39,838 bases of DNA from an uncultured Planctomycetota bacterium (GTDB taxonomy: Bacteria > Planctomycetota > JAJSAM01 > JAKLKS01), in contig CAZKTF010000006.1 in the NCBI GenBank assembly GCA_964555565.1, positions 1-39,838 on the forward strand, written 5' to 3'. The notes under the pieces were generated by a model. It was not told the DNA's origin. It was given only the letters and a program-made list of their open reading frames with translations, and ran no database searches. A program made the position numbers and the translations under genes. This document shows, piece by piece, positions 33,364 through 39,838 of this stretch; within the stretch, counting starts at the first letter, position 1, and each line of letters begins with the position of its first letter.

Positions 33364-35523
33364 CTAGACCCGCGCGCGGGCGAGCACCTCGTTGCGCTGG
33401 ACCTCGGTCAGGTTCATCCCGCCGAGGGCCCCGGCGCAGGCGGAGCGGACCGCCAGCGAAGACAGGTCCCCGACCCCTCCGAGGAGCGTCTCGTACACCG
33501 GCCGCGAGGGGGCCTTGCCGGACAGGATCTTCCCGATCGCCTTCGCGCTCCCGGCCCGGACGGCCTCGGAGTGGGCCGTGTTGGCGACCGCCCCGGCGAG
33601 CGCGTCCACCGACTCCGCGGTCCCGAACCGCTCCAGGGCGGCGAGGGCCTTGACCTTGAGCGAGTCCGGCTTGTCCTGCGCGAGGGTCCCGGCGAGCGCG
33701 CCCTGGGCCCGGGAGAAGTCGAAGCAGGGCGAGGGCAGGGACGTGGCGATGAGCCCGCAGGCGTACTCGGAGAGCCACAGGGCCTTCTCCCGGTCCCCGA
33801 GGGGGCTCTTCGAGGCGGCGTCGCGGACCGCCGGGACGAAGACCGCCGGGGAGGCGGGGGTGGTGACGACGCCCGAGATGGCCTCGCCGTAGAGCTTCTT
33901 GACGTCCTCGGCCTGGGACTCCGGCGCCACGACCAGCACCGGGACCTGGGACGTGCGCGCGTCCCGCCGGATGTCGTTCACGACGTGCTGCGCCAGCATG
34001 TCCTTGAGGGAGGCGGAGACGAGGACCGCGTCGAAGGGGACCTCCTTGGAGCGGATGAGGCCCTCGGCCCCGCTGCGGGCGACGACGGCGTTCATGCCGC
34101 CCTTGACGATCTCGGTCTGGAGCTGGACGGCCGTCTTGCTGTCGTCCACGACGACGAGGACCTGCCGCATGGAGGCCAGGGCCACCGCCTTGGAGGCCAG
34201 CGGGACGACGAGGTCGCAGCGCGCGAAGGCCTTCTGCGGGGCGAGCCGGACGCAGCAGAGCGCCGCCGCCCACTGCACCGTCTGGTCCGGCGCGGTGAGC
34301 GCCCGCACGACCGACGACTTCTCGTCCAGGGACACCGTGTTGCCGAAGGTCGGGAGGAACTCGAGGACCGCGATGGCCACGGGGCCGTCGTTCCAGTCGA
34401 GGGCCATGTCGAGGGCGCCGAGGAGGACCGGGGCGCCGTTGGCGAGGATGGCCGCGTCGGCCGCCTGGAGGCGGGACGCCAGCGCCTTCCCCTCCTCCGT
34501 GGACATCAGGGTGTCCTTCGCGCCGCCCGCCACGACCCGCTCGGCCGCGTAGACCAGGGAGAGCATCGCCTTCGCTTCCTTCGAGTTCGGGTCCGCGGCC
34601 ATGGCCGCGGCGCAGGCCTTCTCGGCGAGCGCCAGGTGGTAGAGGATCCGCGGGCAGTCGAGCTCCTGGAGCTTGCCGTCGGACCAGCGCCACATCGTGT
34701 AGGTGGTCCCGAGGTCGCGGAGCAGCTCCGGCATCCGGTTGTAGTACTTCTTCGCGATGTCGAGGAAGGCCTCGGTGGGGGACTTGTAGCTCGTCTTGTA
34801 CTCCTCGTTGTAGGCCTTCAGCGCGATGGCGGCCTGGCGCTTGACCGAGTCCGGCTGGTCCTTCGCCCCGGCCAGGGCCACGAGGACCGGCACGGCCCGC
34901 GGGTCGAGCAGGCGCCTGAGGACCACCACGACGTTCTGGCGCACGGCGGCGTCGGGGCTCTGGAGGGCCTCGACGAGGGGCAGGACAGCCTCGATGCCGA
35001 TGTCCTCGAGCGCCATGATCGCGTTCACGCGCTCGTTGGTGTCGTTGCTGCCGAGGTAGGGGACCAGGTAGGGGACCGCGTAGGCCCCGTGGTTGGCCAT
35101 GAGCATCCGCGAGCCGCGGCGCTTGGTCTCGACGTTGTCGCTCTTCACCGCGTCCTCGACGAGCTTCTTGATCGCCTCGGGGTCCTTGCTGCGCTGCTTG
35201 AGGGCCATGTGGCCGAGATCGAGGAGCCTCCTGGCCACCTGCTCGGACTCGCCGCCCGCGCCGAGCAGCTTGAGGAAGTTCTTCGTCTCGGTGTTCCGGA
35301 TGAGGTCGTAGACCTGATCCTGGGTCGGGTCCTCCTGGATCAGCTTCTTGAAGCTGTCGAGGGCGGCGGCGAACTCGCCCTTCTCGAGCGAGTTCATGCC
35401 GGAGTCGTAGAGCTGCTTCACCTTCCCCGCGTCCTGGGCGAATGCCCGGGAAGGAGCGCCCGCGCCGACGGCAAGAGCGGCGACCAGCGACGCGGCCATC
35501 GAAAGGCGGCCCGCAAGCCCCAT
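33364..35523 (-). CDS. Secreted TPR/HEAT-repeat protein with an internal receiver-like domain
   Basis: Signal peptide ending AFA-QD; TPR-like start; HEAT units (LVEALQSPDAAVRQNVV); REC-like VLVVVDD...AEGL...FDAVLV...VPVLVV; GGGAGG RBS. Confidence 0.85.
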   Translation of the reverse strand: MGLAGRLSMAASLVAALAVGAGAPSRAFAQDAGKVKQLYDSGMNSLEKGEFAAALDSFKKLIQEDPTQDQVYDLIRNTETKNFLKLLGAGGESEQVARRLLDLGHMALKQRSKDPEAIKKLVEDAVKSDNVETKRRGSRMLMANHGAYAVPYLVPYLGSNDTNERVNAIMALEDIGIEAVLPLVEALQSPDAAVRQNVVVVLRRLLDPRAVPVLVALAGAKDQPDSVKRQAAIALKAYNEEYKTSYKSPTEAFLDIAKKYYNRMPELLRDLGTTYTMWRWSDGKLQELDCPRILYHLALAEKACAAAMAADPNSKEAKAMLSLVYAAERVVAGGAKDTLMSTEEGKALASRLQAADAAILANGAPVLLGALDMALDWNDGPVAIAVLEFLPTFGNTVSLDEKSSVVRALTAPDQTVQWAAALCCVRLAPQKAFARCDLVVPLASKAVALASMRQVLVVVDDSKTAVQLQTEIVKGGMNAVVARSGAEGLIRSKEVPFDAVLVSASLKDMLAQHVVNDIRRDARTSQVPVLVVAPESQAEDVKKLYGEAISGVVTTPASPAVFVPAVRDAASKSPLGDREKALWLSEYACGLIATSLPSPCFDFSRAQGALAGTLAQDKPDSLKVKALAALERFGTAESVDALAGAVANTAHSEAVRAGSAKAIGKILSGKAPSRPVYETLLGGVGDLSSLAVRSACAGALGGMNLTEVQRNEVLARARV

Positions 35524-35789
35524 TTCGCGCCTCCCCCAGCAGGGTTCGAAACCAAGGATCCCGGGGCGCGCCGGAACCGGCACCCCCCGCTGCCCACTCG
35601 TCGTCTTCCTTCGCCGGCGGGGCGTGGAATCGCCCCCGTCCGTCCCATCGCGAGTCGGGCGCGGATTCTAGCCACCCCCCTAGGGTGGTCAACGGAAATC
35701 CCCGGAGGGGGGAGGGGACGGCCCCATGCAGGTAGGAAGCCGGGTCGGAGGGGGGGGAGACCCGCCGGAGGTGCGCTCGAGTTTCTTGC

Positions 35790-37295
35790 CTACTTGCGGA
35801 CGTCCCCTCCGGAAAGGAGGTGATCGAGGGCGGCGCGCTGGACCTCCGGGGCGTCGTCGTAGGCGCAGACGGCCGTCCCGGGCCCCTCCGCCCCGGCCAG
35901 CGCCGGGCCGCCGAAGGCCAGGAGCACCGCCCGGTCCCGGAAGGCGTCCTCCAGGTGCGCCGCCAGGGCGGCGAGGCCGGGGACGAGCCCGGGCCTCCCC
36001 TTCCGGGCGCGGAGGTCCCCGTAGAGGAAGACCAGCACCCGCTCCGCGGCGCCGCACGCGAGATCCAGGAGGTCGCGGTCGAGGCTGCCGAGGTCCGAGG
36101 CCCGCACGACGAACCACCGGGCCCGGAGCGCCGCGAGGCGCTCGAGCGCCGGGGCCTCCCGCCCGGGCCGGTCGTCGTCGTCGAGGACCACCGCCATGGT
36201 CCTGGCCCCGGGCCGGAGCGGGAGGAGCCCCGCCCGGTCGCGCAGAGCCGTGAGCGATCGGCGCACGAGGTCCACGGCCCCCTCCGCGTCCATCCCCGGC
36301 GGCGCCCCGGGGGCCGGGCCGCGCTCGGCGGCGACCGTCGCCGCCTCGACCCGGGCGAGGGCCTCGTCCGCCCGCTCCCGGGAGACGATCCCCGTGCGGA
36401 CGGCGGCGGCCACCGCCCCGGCGACCTCAAGGGGATCCGTCGGGCAGAGGAGGAGGTCGCAGCCGGCCCGCAGCGCGTCCACGGCCGCCGCGGTCTCCCC
36501 CCCGCGGCGCTTCCGGACCCCCTCCATGAGGAGGGCGTCGCTCATGAGGAGGCCGCCGAAGCCCATCTCCTTCCTGAGGAGGTCGGTCAGGACGGGGGCG
36601 GAGAGGGTGGCCGGCAGGGTCGCCCCGCCCGCCGGGTCGAGCCCCGGGTAGGCCACGTGCGCGGTCATGAGCGTGGCGACCCCCGCCTCCACCGCCCGGC
36701 GGAAGGGGACGAGGTCCGACTCGCGGAGCGCGGCGGCCCCGGCCTCGACGACGGGGAGGGCGTCGTGGCTGTCGAGGAGCGTGCGGCCGTGCCCGGGGAA
36801 GTGCTTCGCGCAGGCCAGCACCCCGCCCGCCTGGCACCCCTCGATCCAGGCCGCGCCGAGGCGGGCGACGAGCGCCGGATCGACACCGAAGGAGCGGGGG
36901 CCCACGATGGGGTTGCGGGGCTCCGCGGCGAGGTCGAGGACCGGGGCGAGGGCGACGTCGATCCCCACGGCGCGGCAGTCCCGCGCGGTGGCGGCCCCCA
37001 TGGCCCGCGCGGCGGCCTCGTCGCCCGCGGCCCCGGCCGCCATGGGGGGCGGGAGACGGAGCATCCCCTCCACCTGCTGGCCCACCCCGCGCTCGACGTC
37101 GCTGAGCACGAGGAGCGGCCCCCGGGCGGCCTCGCGCAGCGAGCGGAGGAACCCGGGCGTGCGCGCGAGGTCCCCCCCGAACAGGAGGACCCCCCCCACC
37201 CCCTCCTCCGCCACGGCGCGGACCAGTTCCGCGCGGCGCTCGTAGTCGCGGGGCAGGCGGGCCTGCATGGCGACGAGCCGCGCGTAGCGGTTCAC
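35790..37295 (-). CDS. nagZ: Beta-N-acetylhexosaminidase (GH3)
   Basis: DVERG, APVLD, RSFG, KHFPGHG...DSH, MTAHV, SDALLMEG; follows anmK. Confidence 0.9.
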   Translation of the reverse strand: MNRYARLVAMQARLPRDYERRAELVRAVAEEGVGGVLLFGGDLARTPGFLRSLREAARGPLLVLSDVERGVGQQVEGMLRLPPPMAAGAAGDEAAARAMGAATARDCRAVGIDVALAPVLDLAAEPRNPIVGPRSFGVDPALVARLGAAWIEGCQAGGVLACAKHFPGHGRTLLDSHDALPVVEAGAAALRESDLVPFRRAVEAGVATLMTAHVAYPGLDPAGGATLPATLSAPVLTDLLRKEMGFGGLLMSDALLMEGVRKRRGGETAAAVDALRAGCDLLLCPTDPLEVAGAVAAAVRTGIVSRERADEALARVEAATVAAERGPAPGAPPGMDAEGAVDLVRRSLTALRDRAGLLPLRPGARTMAVVLDDDDRPGREAPALERLAALRARWFVVRASDLGSLDRDLLDLACGAAERVLVFLYGDLRARKGRPGLVPGLAALAAHLEDAFRDRAVLLAFGGPALAGAEGPGTAVCAYDDAPEVQRAALDHLLSGGDVRK

Positions 37296-38425
37296 CGGAC
37301 CACCTTCCCGAGGACGACCGCGTGCCGGGCCCCCGTCGCCGCGGGGACGCTCGCGGGCACGCCGCGCCAGGCCTCCGCGGCGAGGAGCGCGAAGGCCGCC
37401 GCCTCCTTCGCCCGGCCGTCGAAGCCGGCGTCCTCCAGGGGGCGGACGGGGATCGGGGCGAGCAGGCGCCGCAGGTGCCCGGTGAGCACCGGGTTGCGGG
37501 CCCCTCCCCCGGAGAGCAGCACCTCGTCGGGACGCGCGCGGGGGAGGACCCAGCGCCGGTAGGCGCCCGCCGTGGCCTCCGCGACGAACAGGGTGAGCGT
37601 CGCGAGGAGGTCCTCGGGGCGGAGGCGAAGGCGGGGCCGGGCGCGGAGGACCCCGCGCACGAAATCCTCGCCGAACTCCTCGCGCCCGGTGGACCGGGGA
37701 GGGGTCCGGCGGAGGAAGGGGTGGCGGAGGAGCCGGGCGGCCAGCGCCCGGTCCGGGTGCCCGCGGGCCGCGAGGCGGCCGTCGCGGTCGAACCGGAGAC
37801 GCCCCCCCGTGAGGATCCGCGCCGCGGCGTCGAGCGGGAGGTTGGCGGGCCCGGTGTCGAAGGCGAACACCCCCGCGAGGTCCTCCGTCACCACGGTCAC
37901 GTTCCCGACCCCGCCCAGGTTCTGGAGCGCGCGCACGCGGCCCCGGCGGCGGAACAGGACCCAGTCCGCGTAGGGGACGAGCGGGGCCCCCTCGCCCCCC
38001 GCCGCGCAGTCCCGGGGGCGGAAGTCCGCCACGACGGGGCAGCCGAGGGCCTCGGCCAGGACCGAGGGCTCGCCGATCTGGAGCGACGCCGCGGGGCGGC
38101 GGCCGCGGCGCGGCTCGTGCCGCACGGTCTGCCCGTGCGACCCGGCCAGGTCGGGCCGCACCCCCGCCTCGCGGGCCGCGGCGACGGCGGCCCGGGCGAA
38201 GCGCTCCCCGACCTCCACGTTGAGGCGGCAGACCTCCGCGACCCCGCCCCTGCCCGAGGCCAGGGCCAGGATCCGCTCCCTGAGGCGCGGGGGCCAGGGC
38301 TCGCTGCGGAAGTGGAGCAGGCGCAGGCGGGCGCGGGGACCGCTCCCCTCGACGCGGCAGACCGCCGCGTCCACGGCGTCCACGCTCGTCCCGGACATGA
38401 GCCCGATCACGACCAGCGGTCTCAC
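37292..38425 (-). CDS. anmK: Anhydro-N-acetylmuramic acid kinase
   Basis: IGLMSGTSVDAVD, GSHGQT, DFR..D.AAGGEGAPLVP, NLGGVGN, FDTGPAN, STGREEF, GGGARN, KEA. Confidence 0.96.
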   Translation of the reverse strand: MRPLVVIGLMSGTSVDAVDAAVCRVEGSGPRARLRLLHFRSEPWPPRLRERILALASGRGGVAEVCRLNVEVGERFARAAVAAAREAGVRPDLAGSHGQTVRHEPRRGRRPAASLQIGEPSVLAEALGCPVVADFRPRDCAAGGEGAPLVPYADWVLFRRRGRVRALQNLGGVGNVTVVTEDLAGVFAFDTGPANLPLDAAARILTGGRLRFDRDGRLAARGHPDRALAARLLRHPFLRRTPPRSTGREEFGEDFVRGVLRARPRLRLRPEDLLATLTLFVAEATAGAYRRWVLPRARPDEVLLSGGGARNPVLTGHLRRLLAPIPVRPLEDAGFDGRAKEAAAFALLAAEAWRGVPASVPAATGARHAVVLGKVVR

Positions 38426-39321
38426 GGGGGCTCCTCGAGGGCGGCGCGGACCGACCCGCCGCGGCGCGCCAGCGCGGCCCGGGCGTCGGCCGCGGGGAGG
38501 GAACGGCGGGCCGCGACGAGCGCGGTCTTCAGCTCCCCCCCGCAGGCCGCAAGGAGCTCCGCGGCCCGGGCGGCCGGCAGGCCCGCGGCCTCCTCGAGGA
38601 TCCGCGCCGCGCGCCGGCGGAGCTTCGCGTTGGTGGCGCGGAGATCGACCATCAGGTTCTCGTACACGCGGCCGAGGCGCACCATGGCCGCCGTCGAGAT
38701 CATGTTGAGGACGAGCTTGGTAGCCGTGCCGGCCTTGAGGCGGGTGGAGCCCGCGAGGACCTCGGGGCCCGTGTCCACCGCGATGACCACGTGCCAGGGG
38801 CTCCGGGCCGGCCTCCCGCCGCAGGTGACGAGCACGGTGGAGGCCCCGCGCTCGCGGCACTCGCCGAGCCCCCCGAGCACGAACCGGGTGGTCCCGGAGG
38901 CCGTGACCCCCACGACGCAGTCGGAGGGGCCGACGTCGAGGGCCCGGACGTCGGCCACCGCGCTGAGCGCGTCGTCCTCCGCGCCCTCCACCGCCTGCGT
39001 CAGGGCCTCGGGGCCCCCGGCCAGCACGGCGACGACCCGCCCGGGCTCCAGCCCGAAGGTGGGAGGGACCTCCGCGGCGTCGAGCGAGGCGATCCGGCCG
39101 CTCGTCCCCGCCCCCAGGTAGACCAGCCGGCCCCCGCGGCCGAGGGCCTCGGCGGCCAGGTCCACCGCGCGCGCCACGTCGTCCAGGGCGGCGGCCACGG
39201 CGGCGGGGACGCCGGCGTCCTCGGAGTTCATGAGGGCCGCGATGGCGCGGGCGTCGAGGCGGTCCAGGCCGGAGGAGCGCGGGTTGCGCCTCTCCGTCGG
39301 TGGGACGTCCGCCCCTGCCAT
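38422..39321 (-). CDS. murQ: N-acetylmuramic acid 6-phosphate etherase
   Basis: TERRNP, GAGTSGR, DAAEVPPTF, EGAEDD, GPEVLAGSTRLKAGTATK, NLMVDL..TNAKL. Confidence 0.97.
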   Translation of the reverse strand: MAGADVPPTERRNPRSSGLDRLDARAIAALMNSEDAGVPAAVAAALDDVARAVDLAAEALGRGGRLVYLGAGTSGRIASLDAAEVPPTFGLEPGRVVAVLAGGPEALTQAVEGAEDDALSAVADVRALDVGPSDCVVGVTASGTTRFVLGGLGECRERGASTVLVTCGGRPARSPWHVVIAVDTGPEVLAGSTRLKAGTATKLVLNMISTAAMVRLGRVYENLMVDLRATNAKLRRRAARILEEAAGLPAARAAELLAACGGELKTALVAARRSLPAADARAALARRGGSVRAALEEPP

Positions 39322-39373
39322 GCCTCCCCCGCTTTCCGCCGCCCCCCTGCGGGCGGGATTGTACCTTCCCCGA

Positions 39374-39446
39374 GGGGTCAGACCCCGGTCGCCTCGCGGG
39401 ACGTGCTGCGCCGCTGCCTGGGCGCCCGAGGTCAGACCCCCGGTGC
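39374..39446. repeat. REP-like element, subfamily B
   Basis: Reverse-complement copy of 7422-7494, between the divergent murQ and sigma genes. Confidence 0.8.
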
Positions 39447-39499
39447 ATCCGGGAACCCCAGGGAGGGGGCGGGTGTAACGGATGGTAGAAAGGGAGCCG

Positions 39500-39838
39500 A
39501 TGGAGGACCCCGGCCCGGACGCGGAGACCCTGCGCAGGGCGGCCGCCGGAGACGGCACCGCCTTCCGCCGGGTCGTCGATGCCTGGGGCGGGCGCGTCCA
39601 CGGCTTCTGCAGGCGGATGGCGGGCGAGTCGGCCCTGGCCGAGGACCTGGCGCAGGAGGTGTTCCTGCACCTCTACCAGGTGCTCCACCGGTACGACCGG
39701 ACGCGCCCCTTCGCCCCGTGGATGCGGAGGGTCATGACCAACCTGGTCCTCAACCGGCTGCGCGGGCGGCCCCCGCGCGCCGGGAGCCTGGACGCCGGGC
39801 CCGAGGGGGCGCCCCTCCCCGCGGACCTCCGCGCGCCG
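39500..39838 (+). CDS. ECF sigma-70 factor (3' truncated by the window edge)
   Basis: D..LRRAAAGDGTAF, AEDLAQEVFL, YDRTRPFAPWMRRVMTN; not in the ORF track because no stop falls in the window. Confidence 0.85.
   Translation, partial: MEDPGPDAETLRRAAAGDGTAFRRVVDAWGGRVHGFCRRMAGESALAEDLAQEVFLHLYQVLHRYDRTRPFAPWMRRVMTNLVLNRLRGRPPRAGSLDAGPEGAPLPADLRAP

Noticed and set aside
35530-35780. Riboswitch or ncRNA in the long intergenic region upstream of the HEAT gene (also 8450-8760)
   Set aside because: No recognisable aptamer consensus by eye; an Rfam/Infernal scan would be needed
37292-39688. 798-aa ORF as a MurQ-AnmK fusion
   Set aside because: murQ is in a different frame and ends at 38422; anmK starts at the overlapping GTG 38425

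Overview
A very GC-rich bacterial chromosomal segment, most likely from a Planctomycetota lineage. That assignment is inferred from the HEAT-repeat proteins, ECF/anti-sigma pair, planctomycete-style RNase HII variant, MotB/OmpA lipoprotein and many orphan lipoproteins. Housekeeping and envelope genes include a pilT-pilB-pilC type IV pilus cluster, EF-G paralog, prepilin peptidase, hexapeptide N-acetyltransferase, ssb, pgi, gpmI, a zincin plus D-Ala-D-Ala-ligase-like pair, PilZ, an ArnT-like transferase, a TolB-like propeller and the murQ-anmK-nagZ peptidoglycan-recycling operon. Three features stand out. (1) A ~2.8 kb islet is integrated at tRNA-Thr(CGT), with a 49-bp att duplication, 22-bp arm-like repeats and only a C-terminal tyrosine-integrase remnant; it carries a small-protein/retropepsin gene pair and two orphan ORFs. 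(2) An FGE-fold / degenerate sigma-like / zf-HC2-HEAT anti-sigma operon has a sigma that lacks the usual DNA-reading residues. (3) The intergenic space holds several families of REP/MITE-like palindromic elements, with no transposase in the window. Most long ORFs in the supplied track are antisense or off-frame shadows. All product calls come from motif recognition by eye, not database searches.
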